The notes below the pieces were generated by a model. The model was not told where the DNA came from. It did not search any database and was given only the letters and a program-made list of their open reading frames with translations. A stretch of 64,000 nt of DNA from an uncultured Alistipes sp. (GTDB taxonomy: Bacteria > Bacteroidota > Bacteroidia > Bacteroidales > Rikenellaceae): contig CANQIF010000011.1 of assembly GCA_947623965.1 (NCBI GenBank), forward strand, positions 6,775-70,774, in the 5' to 3' direction. Position numbers and translations under genes: made by a program. Positions 49,073 through 58,619 of this stretch are shown piece by piece (the first letter of the stretch is position 1; every line of letters begins with the position of its first letter).

Positions 49073-50950
49073 CTACATGGAGAGATCGCGGAACGAGAAG
49101 ACCTCGGTCGAGACCTCGCCCAGCGGACCGCTCTTGGCGTTCACGCCGACCTGCACCTTGACGAAGTCGATGTACTGCAGCTCGATTGGCGTTCCGTCCG
49201 GACGGATGGCGTTGGCGATCCGGAAGCCGCAGCACTGCCCGTCGCCCGTCGCCGCATCGGCTCCGCCGAGGTCGTCCGAACCGACGTTGTCCGCATAGCC
49301 CCACCCGTAGGGGTCGTTCGCCCAGTAGCCGGTCGCCGGATCCAGCCGGTTTTGCGCCGGCAGCCGGGTGCCGCGCAGCGTGTAGCTCTCGGCCTCGATC
49401 CAGGCGGGGTAGTAGAAGTCCTGGTCATGGAAGGTCTTCAGATAATCGATCGATCCCTTTCCGCCCTCCGAGTCGGTCCACGGAACATCCATGCGGGCGC
49501 CGGCGGGACGGTAGTAGGTGACGGCATACTCCTGCAGGGTCCCCTCCCGGCCGGTTTCGGAGCCTTTCAGCTCGTACCACTCGTCGTCGGGCAGGCCGTT
49601 GCCGTTCGTGTCCTGCATCACCCAGACGATGCCCGCTTCGTTCGAGCCGCCCTTGGTGCTGAGAAAGGCGTTGCCCTGCACGGCAAAGTCGTACCCGGCG
49701 CCGCCGCGGTTCACGATGCTGTGGTCGAAGCCGACGATGAGATAGCCGCCGAAGCCCCCGAGCGAGACGAACTGCTGCCCGGCCAACCGCTGCAGGGCCC
49801 ACTCGACGGCCCGCGCATGGGTCGTCTCGGCCCCCGTGAAGCCGCCCGTGCGGGTCTCGCCGATGAACTGTCCCGGGGCGGGGACGTATTCATACACCTT
49901 GTTCTGCACCTTCGAGCTGCCGGCCTCCTTCGCGCGGAGCAGCTCCGCCTCGCTCTTCGCGGCGGCGCGGACGACCACTTTGGCCGTCAGCGCCTCCGCT
50001 CCCCGCGTGAGGTGCTTCGTCAGCGCCTGCGGGGCGGAGGCCCCCTCCGTGACCGTGACGGCCACGCGGTAGGAGCCCGGCGCGGCCGGGGTGAAGCGGA
50101 AGGTGCGGTCGGTGCACGATACGGGGGCGCCGTCGACCGTCCAGCTGTATTGCGGACGGTCGAAACCGGTCGTGAAAGGCTTCAGGTCGATGCCGCGGCC
50201 GACGAGGGTCGAACGGTCGGTCGAGGGCTGGAAGTAGGAGAGGGCGGGGAACCCGACGGTGCGGGGCATCGCCTCGACCACCTCGACGGGCACTTCGCGC
50301 TCCGCGGTGCCGTCGATGTTCGAGGCGCGGATCGTGAGAAGGCAGCGGCCCGGGGTCGACTCGCGGAACACATAGGTGCGTTCGGTGCCGACCACCTTGC
50401 CGTCGCGCAGCCATTCGACGCGGAACCCCTCCACGTCGTCGTGCGCGAAGTCCGGGGCGAAGGTGTACTCCGTGCCGGCCTCCACCTTGAGCCCCTCCGG
50501 CGGCAGGACGAGCGAGATGACGGGCGGGGTGAGCGCCAGCACTTCGACCTTCAGCTCCTCTTCCGCGAAGCCGTTCTTGTTCTCCACGCGCAGCAGGAGG
50601 TAGACGTCGCCCGGCGTCTCCCAGGTGTAGCGGAGGGTGGGCTGGTCGGAGAGGAGCACGCCGCCGGCGGTCCAGGAGAACGCGGCCTCCTCCGCATACC
50701 GGTAGGCGGGGGCGATGGTCACCTCGCGGCCGACCTTGGCGGTGTAGACGCCCGTCTCGCTGTCGAGCTCGATGATGGGGGTTTCGGGGATCTCCTCCGT
50801 GATTTCGCCGTCCTTGTTGCAGGCTGCGAGGAGCAGGAGCAGCGCCGCCGGAAGCGCGCGGAACAGCCGGAACTTCCGGGAGGAAAACGCGGGGGCCGCG
50901 GCAGCGAACGCGGCTGCAAGCCATTGCGGGCGGAAAGAAGTGTGCATCAT
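49073..50950 (-). CDS. cell-surface lipoprotein with Ig/PKD-like repeats plus a C-terminal globular domain (BtuH-like architecture)
   Basis: Start MMHTSF at 50950, lipobox LLLLAAC. Three roughly 90-aa repeats (YTWETPGDVYLLLRVENKNG, TYVFRESTPGRCLLTIRASN, FRFTPAAPGSYRVAVTV), then a Gly/Tyr/Trp-rich domain. The longer ORF-track start overlaps the riboswitch. Confidence 0.5.
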   Translation of the reverse strand: MMHTSFRPQWLAAAFAAAAPAFSSRKFRLFRALPAALLLLLAACNKDGEITEEIPETPIIELDSETGVYTAKVGREVTIAPAYRYAEEAAFSWTAGGVLLSDQPTLRYTWETPGDVYLLLRVENKNGFAEEELKVEVLALTPPVISLVLPPEGLKVEAGTEYTFAPDFAHDDVEGFRVEWLRDGKVVGTERTYVFRESTPGRCLLTIRASNIDGTAEREVPVEVVEAMPRTVGFPALSYFQPSTDRSTLVGRGIDLKPFTTGFDRPQYSWTVDGAPVSCTDRTFRFTPAAPGSYRVAVTVTEGASAPQALTKHLTRGAEALTAKVVVRAAAKSEAELLRAKEAGSSKVQNKVYEYVPAPGQFIGETRTGGFTGAETTHARAVEWALQRLAGQQFVSLGGFGGYLIVGFDHSIVNRGGAGYDFAVQGNAFLSTKGGSNEAGIVWVMQDTNGNGLPDDEWYELKGSETGREGTLQEYAVTYYRPAGARMDVPWTDSEGGKGSIDYLKTFHDQDFYYPAWIEAESYTLRGTRLPAQNRLDPATGYWANDPYGWGYADNVGSDDLGGADAATGDGQCCGFRIANAIRPDGTPIELQYIDFVKVQVGVNAKSGPLGEVSTEVFSFRDLSM

Positions 50951-50967
50951 TTTAATAGGTGTTCTCG

Positions 50968-51004
50968 AAAAAAATCCGTTCGACGGAGAAGACGCGCCGA
51001 ACGG
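50968..51004 (-). terminator. riboswitch expression-platform terminator (attenuator)
   Basis: On the minus strand: CCGTTCG...CGAACGG stem followed by ATTTTTTT, 17 nt upstream of the first operon ATG. Confidence 0.6.
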
Positions 51005-51097
51005 GGAACTTTTTCGATCGAGAACGGGGGACGGGATGCAGGAGCCGGCGACCGCTCGTTTCGATAAACGCCGACACCCGCGGTCGTTATCTTTTCC

Positions 51098-51265
51098 GTC
51101 AAGGCAGGTCTTCTGACTCGTCCCGTTTGCCGCGCCTTCCCGATCGGGCGGATCAGTGGCAGTGCCGGCGGCAAACACTTCGGGGACTTACAGCAGCAGG
51201 TACTGTTCCGGATTCGCACCGGATTCCCTTTTCATTCCGTCGGCAGGCCGCTTTGCGCCTGCGCC
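51098..51265 (-). promoter_or_regulatory. cobalamin (B12) riboswitch aptamer
   Basis: The minus strand reads ...AAAAGGGAATCCGGTGCGAATCCGGAACAGTACCTGCTGCTGTAAG...GCCACTG...GGGAAGGC...AGTCAGAAGACCTGCC. This gives the conserved AGGGAA / GGTGnnAAnCC core, the GCCACTG motif and a B12 box. Confidence 0.85.
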
Positions 51266-51281
51266 GGAAACCGTAACACCG

Positions 51282-51289
51282 CAAAGATA
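51282..51289 (-). promoter_or_regulatory. -7 box TATCTTTG driving the riboswitch and B12 uptake operon
   Basis: CAAAGATA on the plus strand, i.e. an exact TAnnTTTG on the minus strand just upstream of the aptamer. Confidence 0.55.
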
Positions 51290-51411
51290 CACTCTTTTTC
51301 CGAAAAGGCCGATTTTATTTTTAGAAAAATTTCCGGACCCGGCCCAGCTTCGGCTGGCCCGGCCGGTTGAGGACGGCTGAAATCCCGCAGCCGTGGCTGC
51401 CTCCCTGCCCG

Positions 51412-52131
51412 CTACCGCTTCGGACGGATGCGGCGCAGGCGCAGCCCGAGCACGCCGAAGAGGGCCTCGCGGACGATGCCGCCCGACATTTTCGAGGCGC
51501 CCTCGCGGCGCTCGGTGAAGATGATCGGCACCTCCACGACGCGCAGCCCCAGCCGCCAGGCCGTGTACTTCATTTCGATTTGGAACCCGTACCCCTTCAT
51601 GCGGATGCGGTCGAGGTCGATCCGTTCGAGCGCCCCGCGGCGGTAGCAGACGAAGCCGGCCGTCGTGTCGCGCACGGGCATCCCCGTCGCGCACTGCACG
51701 TAGCGCGAGCCGAAGTAGGAGACGAGCAGCCGCGACATGGGCCAGTTCACGACGTTGACCCCCCGCACGTAGCGCGAACCGACCGCCACGTCGGCCCCCG
51801 CCCCGACGGCGCCGAAGAGGCGCGGCAGGTCGTCGGGGTCGTGCGAGAAGTCGCAGTCCATTTCGCACAGGGCGTCGTAGCCCCGCTCCAGCCCCCAGCG
51901 GAACCCCGCGAGGTAGGCCGTGCCGAGCCCGAGCTTGCCGCTGCGCTCCAGCAGGTGGAGCCGGCCGGGCCAGGCGGCCTGCCGTTCGCGGACGATGGCC
52001 GCCGTGCCGTCGGGCGAGCCGTCGTCGATGACGAGCAGATCGAAGCCTTCGGGCGCGGCGAGCACCCGCTCGATCATGGCCGCGATGTTTTCGCGTTCGT
52101 TGTAGGTGGGGATGATGACCAGTTTGCGCAT
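51412..52131 (-). CDS. GT2 polyprenol-phosphate mannosyltransferase (dolichol-P-mannose synthase-like)
   Basis: IIPTYNEREN, LLVIDDGSPDGT, and DCDFSHDP (the DxD region). 239 aa. Confidence 0.85.
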   Translation of the reverse strand: MRKLVIIPTYNERENIAAMIERVLAAPEGFDLLVIDDGSPDGTAAIVRERQAAWPGRLHLLERSGKLGLGTAYLAGFRWGLERGYDALCEMDCDFSHDPDDLPRLFGAVGAGADVAVGSRYVRGVNVVNWPMSRLLVSYFGSRYVQCATGMPVRDTTAGFVCYRRGALERIDLDRIRMKGYGFQIEMKYTAWRLGLRVVEVPIIFTERREGASKMSGGIVREALFGVLGLRLRRIRPKR

Positions 52132-52213
52132 CTTCAGTGTCGGTTCTTCGGTTCTACGACGGACAAAGTTACTCTTTTTCGGCTTCGGTCGGTTCGTTTT
52201 GGCGGAAAAACGT

Positions 52214-52221
52214 TATCTTTG
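52214..52221 (+). promoter_or_regulatory. -7 box TATCTTTG upstream of the AsmA-family gene
   Basis: Exact TAnnTTTG 25 nt before ATG 52246. Confidence 0.55.
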
Positions 52222-52245
52222 TGGCAAAACAAATCGTTTCCGATC

Positions 52246-54936
52246 ATGAAAAAATCCGTGAAAATACCGTTGACCGTCCTGCTCGTCGTGCTGGCGGTCG
52301 TCTGGATCGGCCCGCTCGCTTTCCGCGGCCGGATCGAACAGATCGTCAAGCGCGAGGCCAATGCCCTGCTGCAGGCCGAGCTCGATTTCGAATCGTTGAA
52401 TATCAGCCTGCTGCGCCACTTCCCGAATGCCTCGCTCGAACTGCGCGGCCTGACGCTCGCCGGGGCCGGCCGCTTCGCCGGCGACACGATCGTCGCCGCC
52501 CGCCGCATCTCGGTCGTGGTCAATCCCTTCTCGCTGCTCGGCGACGGGGGCTTCGTCGTGAAGAAAGTCCTGCTCGCCGCCCCGCGGATCCATGCCTGCA
52601 AGCTGGCCGACGGCGCCGTGAACTGGGATGTGATGAAACCCTCCGACGAGGCCGGGGAGCCGGCCGAAGAGGAGACGGGCGCCTCGTCGTTCAAACTCGC
52701 CGTGCGCGACTTCCGCATCTCGGACGCCGTGGTCCGCTACGAGGACGATTCGACCCGCATGGCCTTCTCGACCGATCCGCTCGATCTGCGGCTGCGCGGC
52801 GATCTCTCGGCCGCCCGCAGCGACCTCGACCTGCTGCTGAAGCTGCAGCGGCTGAACTTCCGCTCGGGCGTCGTGAAGCTCCTGAGCGATGCGACGGTCG
52901 AACTGAAGGCCTCGATCGATGCCGATCTGGAGAACAAACGTTTCGTCTTCTCGAAAAACTCGTTGAGCCTGAATGCCATTACGCTGACGCTCGACGGCTG
53001 GGCCCAGCTGCTCGAGGGCGATGCCGTGGCGATGGATCTCAAGGCCGGGACCGAGAACGTCCACTTCAAGGAGGTGCTCTCGCTCGTGCCGGCCTTCTAC
53101 ACGCGCGACTTCCGCCAGCTGACGGCGGCGGGCGAACTCGACCTCTCGCTCTGGGTGCGCGGCGAGCTGCGCAGCGGACAGTTGCCCGCCTTCGAGCTCC
53201 GGACCGGCGTGCGCGACGGCCGCTTCCAGTACGCCTCGCTCCCGAAGGCGGTGAGCGACATCCAGCTGGCGCTGCGCGTCGCCAACCCGGGCGGACCGAT
53301 GGACCGGACGGAGGTCGACCTCTCGAAGTTCGGCCTTCGGATGGCGAACAACGCGGTCGCCGCGACCTTCTACGGCACGAACCTCGTCAGCGATCCCGAG
53401 CTGAAGGCCTCGCTGCAGGGACGGGTCGATCTGGGCGATATCCGCGCGGTTTACCCGTTGGAGGACATGACGCTCGCCGGGCAGATCACGGCCGATCTGA
53501 AGGCGGCCGGCCGCCTCTCGTCGCTCGAAAAGCAGCAGTACGACCGCTTCTCGGCCTCGGGAACCTTCGTGGCTGAAAACCTGGGGCTCAACATGCCGTC
53601 GCTGCCGCCCGTCGAGCTGCACCGCGCTGCGGCGACGATCACGCCGGCGGCCATGACGCTCGGCGAGCTCGACCTGGCGATCGCCGACAGCGATCTGTCG
53701 GCAACGGGCCAGCTGAGCAACTACCTCGGCTACCTGCTTCGCGGCGACAAGCTGTCCGGCCGGCTCTACGTGAAGTCGAACCTGCTGAACCTGAACCGGC
53801 TGATGCCGGCCGACGACGCGGCGGAGAAGCCCGCGCAGCCGGCCGCTTCCGAACCGGCGGCCGAGGCTGCGCCCGTCGCACTGAAGGCGGTGGCTGTTCC
53901 CGAGAACCTCGATCTGTCGCTCTCGACTTCGCTGAAAAAGATCCTCTTCCAGCAGATGACCATCACGGACCTCGCGGGCGGCATGCGCGTGGCGAACGGC
54001 GCCCTGACGCTCGACAACCTCTCGATGGGGCTCTTCGGGGGGCAGGCCTCCGCATCGGGCAGTTACTCGACGGCGGCCGATCCCGCACGTCCGCAGGTGG
54101 CGATGAAGCTGGGGTTGAAAGAGGCCTCGTTCCAGCAGACCTTCAAAGAACTGGAGTTGGTGCGCCGGTTGGTGCCGCTCTTCGCCAAGACGGGCGGCGA
54201 CTATTCGCTTGCGCTCGACTTGCAGACAGCGCTCGACGACACGATGTCGCCTGACCTGCAGTCGGTTCACGCGACGGGCGAACTGCGGTCGGCCAACATC
54301 CATCTGCAGAACATCGAGGCTTTCAGCGCCCTGGCCAAGGCCCTCAAGAACGATAAGCTGCGTACGATCGAGGCCAAGGATGTGACGATCCGTTTCACGA
54401 TCGACGAGGGGCGCATCACGACGCAGCCGTTCGATCTGAAGATGGGCTCGACGAAGATGACCTTAGCCGGATCGACGGGGCTCGATACGACGATCGACTA
54501 CACGGCGACGGTCGAGCTGCCCGAGGGGGCGGCCGGCAGCCTGCTCTCGACGGTCGATGTCGGGATCGGCGGCACGTTCACCTCGCCCAAGATCACGCTC
54601 GGCGTGAAGAAGGCGGCCGAGCAGGCGCTTAAGAATGCCCTTGACGGGCAGGTGCAGAAGCTGACGGGCAGCGAGTCGCTCTCGGCGGAGGTCGAGAAGC
54701 AGGCGGAGAAGCTGCGTGCGGAGGCGGCAGCGGCGGGCGCCAAGCTCGTGTCTGCGGCCGAGGCGCAGCGCGACAAGCTTGTCGAGGAGGCCTCGAAGAA
54801 GGGGGCGTTGGCGAAGATCGCCGCCAAGAAGGCGGGCGATAAACTGGTCGAGGAGGCCGAAAAGAAGTCTGTCCAGCTGCAGCAGACGGCCGAGGAGCAG
54901 ATCGCCAAGCTGACGGAACAGAAGAAAAACGAGTAG
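52246..54936 (+). CDS. AsmA-family outer-membrane biogenesis protein
   Basis: Start MKKSVKIPLTVLLVVLAVVWIG (single N-terminal TM), followed by about 850 aa of beta-rich sequence and a Lys/Ala/Glu-rich coiled tail. The ORF-track start at 51367 is antisense to the GT2 gene and is rejected. Confidence 0.6.
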   Translation: MKKSVKIPLTVLLVVLAVVWIGPLAFRGRIEQIVKREANALLQAELDFESLNISLLRHFPNASLELRGLTLAGAGRFAGDTIVAARRISVVVNPFSLLGDGGFVVKKVLLAAPRIHACKLADGAVNWDVMKPSDEAGEPAEEETGASSFKLAVRDFRISDAVVRYEDDSTRMAFSTDPLDLRLRGDLSAARSDLDLLLKLQRLNFRSGVVKLLSDATVELKASIDADLENKRFVFSKNSLSLNAITLTLDGWAQLLEGDAVAMDLKAGTENVHFKEVLSLVPAFYTRDFRQLTAAGELDLSLWVRGELRSGQLPAFELRTGVRDGRFQYASLPKAVSDIQLALRVANPGGPMDRTEVDLSKFGLRMANNAVAATFYGTNLVSDPELKASLQGRVDLGDIRAVYPLEDMTLAGQITADLKAAGRLSSLEKQQYDRFSASGTFVAENLGLNMPSLPPVELHRAAATITPAAMTLGELDLAIADSDLSATGQLSNYLGYLLRGDKLSGRLYVKSNLLNLNRLMPADDAAEKPAQPAASEPAAEAAPVALKAVAVPENLDLSLSTSLKKILFQQMTITDLAGGMRVANGALTLDNLSMGLFGGQASASGSYSTAADPARPQVAMKLGLKEASFQQTFKELELVRRLVPLFAKTGGDYSLALDLQTALDDTMSPDLQSVHATGELRSANIHLQNIEAFSALAKALKNDKLRTIEAKDVTIRFTIDEGRITTQPFDLKMGSTKMTLAGSTGLDTTIDYTATVELPEGAAGSLLSTVDVGIGGTFTSPKITLGVKKAAEQALKNALDGQVQKLTGSESLSAEVEKQAEKLRAEAAAAGAKLVSAAEAQRDKLVEEASKKGALAKIAAKKAGDKLVEEAEKKSVQLQQTAEEQIAKLTEQKKNE

Positions 54937-54962
54937 GGGAGCGGGTTCTGCTCGGAGATGTG

Positions 54963-54995
54963 CGACGGCCGCCGGATCAGTTCCGGCGGCCGTCG
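54963..54995 (+). terminator. strong hairpin after the AsmA gene (weak U tract)
   Basis: Perfect 14-bp stem CGACGGCCGCCGGA / TCCGGCGGCCGTCG with a 5-nt loop, followed only by GGCGTTTGCG. Confidence 0.45.
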
Positions 54996-55024
54996 GGCGT
55001 TTGCGGGAGGGAAGTTGGCGCATT

Positions 55025-55650
55025 CGATTGCGCAGATCGGCGGACTACGGCTGCAATTGCGATCAAAATGTTTGCTGACAAAATCGGTCCGTCAGGACCG
55101 GCAGTCCGCAGCCGCCCCCGGGCGGAGGGTTGCTCTTTTGCGTCGCAGGCTCATCCGCTCGGTTGCAGGCTCGTCCCGAGTGTAATTGATGCCGTAGGCA
55201 TCGGCGGGCCGCAGCCTGGGGCGGCGGAGGCCCGCAGTTTGTTGCCGAACCTGCGTATCTCCGCAGGCTGCAGCCCGAGGGCGAATTGTATTGGGTGTAG
55301 TAGTTCTTTTTTAATTCTTCATTTTTTCATTTTTTTAATTTGCGTCCGAACGGGCGCCGTAGCCCGCAGCCGCCCCCGGGCGGAGGGCTGCTCCTTTGCG
55401 TCGCAGGCTCATCCGCTCGGTTGCAGGCTCGTCGGAAGATTCGCTGCTGCAGCCAATGTTGAATATTGAATGATGAATTGCGCCCGCAGGGCGCAGCGGG
55501 CCGCAGCTTCGCACGGCGAAGGCCCGCCACTCGCGTCCGCAAGTCCGCTCGTATGCGATTCCTTCGCAAGCTGCGTCCCGATTGGCAATTTTGAATTTTG
55601 AATGCTGAATTTGCGGCTCCGGCAAGGAACCGCAGCGGGCTGCAGCCCGC
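55025..55650. repeat. Mosaic GC-rich palindromic repeat cluster L
   Basis: GGTCC-GTCA-GGACC+GGCAGTCCGCAGCCGCCCCCGGGCGGAGGGTTGC, GATGCC-GTAG-GCATC+GGCGGGCCGCAGCC, and AT tracts at about 55305-55345, 55455-55480 and 55585-55615. Confidence 0.88.
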
Positions 55651-55683
55651 GCATATCCGCCGCAACCCTCGGTCCCAACGCGA

Positions 55684-57210
55684 TTAAACCGCTCCGACGA
55701 CCACCGTCACCAACTTTTCGCGCGCCAGATAGCGCTGTGCGAGCCGCTGCACCTCGGAGGAGGTGATGCGGCGGATGCGCTCGACGTTCTCGCCGATGAC
55801 GCGGTTCGTCCGGCCGCAGAGGATGTTTTCGATCGTGACGTCCGCCACGCCGAACGGACCGTCGAGGATGCGCATCATTTCGCCCGTCATGATGTTCTTG
55901 ACCAACTGCAGCTCCTCGTCGGAGATCGGCTCCTCGCGCAGCCGCTCGATCTCGGCGTAGATCTCCGCGAGCGCCGCCTCGGTGACCTCCGCGCCGACCT
56001 GGGCCCCGATGGCGAAGTAGCCCTCGCGCTCGAAGTTGACCATCGCGGCCATCACGCCGTAGGTGTAGCCGTTTCGTTCGCGCAGATTCTGCATCAGCCG
56101 CGAGCCGAAGTAGCCGCCCAGCGCCGCCGCCACGACCTGCATTCCCAGAAAATCGGGATGTTCGCGCGGAAAGAGGAGCCGCCCGATGCGGATCGCCGAC
56201 TGGACCGCCCCCGCATGCGGGATTCGCCGTTCGCGGGTCTGGCGGGGTTCCGGGAAGGGAACCCGTGCGGGCGGTTCGGCGGCGGGCAGCTGTTCGAGCA
56301 GGGCGATGACCGCTGCCCGCTCCGTCTCGCCGACGCGGCCGCTGCAGACGGCAAAGCCGTTCGCGGCGGTGTAGCGCCGCCGGTAGAAGTCGCGCAGATC
56401 CTCGCGGCGGAGCCGGTCGTAGGCGCTTTCGTCGAAGCATTCGCCGTAGGGGTGACGCTCGCCGAAGATCGCCTCGGCGAAGGCCTCGCGGGCGCGGACA
56501 TCGACCTTCGTGCGGTCGATCCGCAGCCGCTGCCGGCGTTTGGCGCAGTAGGTCGCCACCGCCTCCTCGGGAAAGGCGGGGCGCAGCAGAATTTCGGCTG
56601 CCACGTCGAGCGTCGGCACGACGAACTTCGAGAGCATCGCGAAGTTGATGTAGGTGTCGTCGCGGTCGGTGTTGACATCGAAGTAGGAACCGTGGTAGTC
56701 GAGCCGTTCGGCTATTTCGTGGGCACTCATCCGCTCGCTCCCCTCGGCGAGCAGGTTGGCCGTCGCCGAAGCCGAGAAGGGAACCCGCTGCGTGGACGAA
56801 CCGGCATGGAAGACGATCGAAAGGCGCAAAATCTCGAAATCGTCGCTCGCTAACAGGTAGAGCTTTATGCCGTTGCCGAGAACGACGGATTCCGCCTCGG
56901 CGATCCCGATCGCCTCCTGCACGATTGGACGCGGCGCCCGCCGCGGTGCGGAGGCTGCGGCCGGGGCGGATTTGCCGGATTCGCCGGCCGGTGCTGCAGT
57001 TTGCGTTGCAGTCCGGTTTTCGGCGGGAGCTGTGACCGGTGCCGCAGTCTGTGTTGCGGAGCGGTCCTCGGCGGGAGTTGCGGCGGAAGCTGCGGCCTGA
57101 TTTTCGGCGGAAGTTGCGACCGGTGTTGCAGTCCGGCCCGTATTGCGTGTTGCGGCTTGCGGAGCGGTTGCCGCCGGTGTGGCGGCGGAAGCGTGCGTGG
57201 ATCGTTTCAT
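55684..57210 (-). CDS. M16-family peptidase-like protein lacking the HxxEH motif (non-catalytic partner) with a repetitive Ala/Thr/Pro N-terminus
   Basis: Start MKRSTHAS at 57210 overlaps the upstream stop (ATGA). The M16 fold region VFHAGSSTQR has no HxxEH. Confidence 0.75.
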   Translation of the reverse strand: MKRSTHASAATPAATAPQAATRNTGRTATPVATSAENQAAASAATPAEDRSATQTAAPVTAPAENRTATQTAAPAGESGKSAPAAASAPRRAPRPIVQEAIGIAEAESVVLGNGIKLYLLASDDFEILRLSIVFHAGSSTQRVPFSASATANLLAEGSERMSAHEIAERLDYHGSYFDVNTDRDDTYINFAMLSKFVVPTLDVAAEILLRPAFPEEAVATYCAKRRQRLRIDRTKVDVRAREAFAEAIFGERHPYGECFDESAYDRLRREDLRDFYRRRYTAANGFAVCSGRVGETERAAVIALLEQLPAAEPPARVPFPEPRQTRERRIPHAGAVQSAIRIGRLLFPREHPDFLGMQVVAAALGGYFGSRLMQNLRERNGYTYGVMAAMVNFEREGYFAIGAQVGAEVTEAALAEIYAEIERLREEPISDEELQLVKNIMTGEMMRILDGPFGVADVTIENILCGRTNRVIGENVERIRRITSSEVQRLAQRYLAREKLVTVVVGAV

Positions 57211-58445
57211 CGGCGTGCGCGGTAGATGAGGGTGGAACCGTTTTCGGGGCGGAAGGTGCGGCGGCAGAAGTCGAAGATGCGGTCGGCGTCGATCGAACGG
57301 TATTCGGCCACTTCGCGGTTTACGAGCTCCGTATCGCCCAGAAAATCGTAATAACCGAGGTTCATCGCCTTGTTCATGACGTTGATCTCGCCGAAAAGGG
57401 TGTTCGCCTCGAACTTGTTCTTGACCTTTTCGAGCTCGTAGCCGCTCGCCGCCTCGTGCTGCAGCGTCCCGATCTCGCGGCGGAAGGCGTCGGCGGCCTG
57501 CTCCTCGGTGGTGTCGGGCAGCAGCTGGCCCGTCAGGATGAAGAGACCCGGATCGACATCGCCCGTGATGTAGGCATTGACCGACGAGAAGAGCCGCTCC
57601 TTCATCACCAAACGGCGGTAGAGCCGCGACGAGTCGCCGCCCGCCAGCAGGTCCGAGACCAAGTCGCCCGTGTAGAAGTCGGCCGAGCAGCGGGCGCCCA
57701 TGTGCCAGGCGACCGAGAGGGTGGTGGCGGGGACGTCGCGCTCGACGATCCGGAGCAGGGCTTCGGTCTGGAGCGGCTCGGCGGGCAGGGGCGCCGCGGT
57801 GAAGGGGGTGTCGGCGAGGGGGCCGAACCACTGCTCGGCCAGATCCAGCATCCGCTCCTCCTCCAGATCGGCCGAGATCGAGAGCACGGCGTTCGAGGGG
57901 CGGTAGAAGGTGCGGTAGAAGCGCTCGACGTCGGCGATCGTCGCCGATTCGATGTGCTCCGGCGAGCGGCCGATCGTTGCCCAGCGGTAGGGGTGCCGGC
58001 GGTAGGCCAGCTCGCGCAGCAGCATCGTCTGGTCGCCGTAGGGCTGGTTCAGGTAACGCTGGCGGAACTCCTCGATCACCACGCGCTGTTCGGCGCGGAG
58101 CTTCTCGGGGGTGATCTGCAGCCCCTGCATGCGGTCGCTTTCGAGCCAGAGGGCCGTCTCGAGATTCGCCGTCGGGAGCGTCAGGTAGAAATCCGTGTAG
58201 TCGTTGTTCGTGAAAGCGTTGTCCTCGCCAGAGGCCATCTGCACATGCAGGTCGTAGACGGGAACGTCGCGTGTGCCGCGGAACATGAGATGCTCGAAGA
58301 GATGGGCGAAGCCCGTGCGGTCGGGATCTTCGTTGCGGGCGCCCACCCGGTAGAGCAGGTTGACGGCTGCGAGCTTCGAGACGCGGTCGCGATTGACCAC
58401 CACGTGCAGCCCGTTGTCCAATATGCGTGTTCGGTAGGGAATCAT
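57207..58445 (-). CDS. M16-family zinc peptidase (pitrilysin-like), catalytic subunit
   Basis: Start MIPYRTRILDNGLHV (CAT 58443-58445) and inverted zinc motif HLFEH in GFAHLFEHLMFRG. Confidence 0.85.
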   Translation of the reverse strand: MIPYRTRILDNGLHVVVNRDRVSKLAAVNLLYRVGARNEDPDRTGFAHLFEHLMFRGTRDVPVYDLHVQMASGEDNAFTNNDYTDFYLTLPTANLETALWLESDRMQGLQITPEKLRAEQRVVIEEFRQRYLNQPYGDQTMLLRELAYRRHPYRWATIGRSPEHIESATIADVERFYRTFYRPSNAVLSISADLEEERMLDLAEQWFGPLADTPFTAAPLPAEPLQTEALLRIVERDVPATTLSVAWHMGARCSADFYTGDLVSDLLAGGDSSRLYRRLVMKERLFSSVNAYITGDVDPGLFILTGQLLPDTTEEQAADAFRREIGTLQHEAASGYELEKVKNKFEANTLFGEINVMNKAMNLGYYDFLGDTELVNREVAEYRSIDADRIFDFCRRTFRPENGSTLIYRARR

Positions 58446-58619
58446 GAGCGACAAAAATACATCATCGGACGAAATTTCGGAAATGAATCCCGGAAAATCG
58501 GGATGCAAAAAGGCTTTCGATGCAAAAAAGATACCCAAGGCCAGAGGGTTGACGGCAGAATTTCGGGCGGCGGACGGTGCGGCGTTTCGGCGGGTTGTAG
58601 CCGCCGGTTGTGGTTGAAA

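Noticed and set aside
50951-51178. The upstream extension of the surface-lipoprotein ORF (start at 51178)
   Set aside because: It overlaps the cobalamin riboswitch aptamer and its attenuator hairpin. The lipoprotein signal peptide begins at MMHTSF (50950).
51367-52245. The N-terminal 293 codons of the AsmA ORF (1189-aa model)
   Set aside because: It is antisense to the well-supported GT2 mannosyltransferase gene. A TATCTTTG box at 52214 and an MKKSVKIP signal-anchor start at 52246 give a coherent gene.
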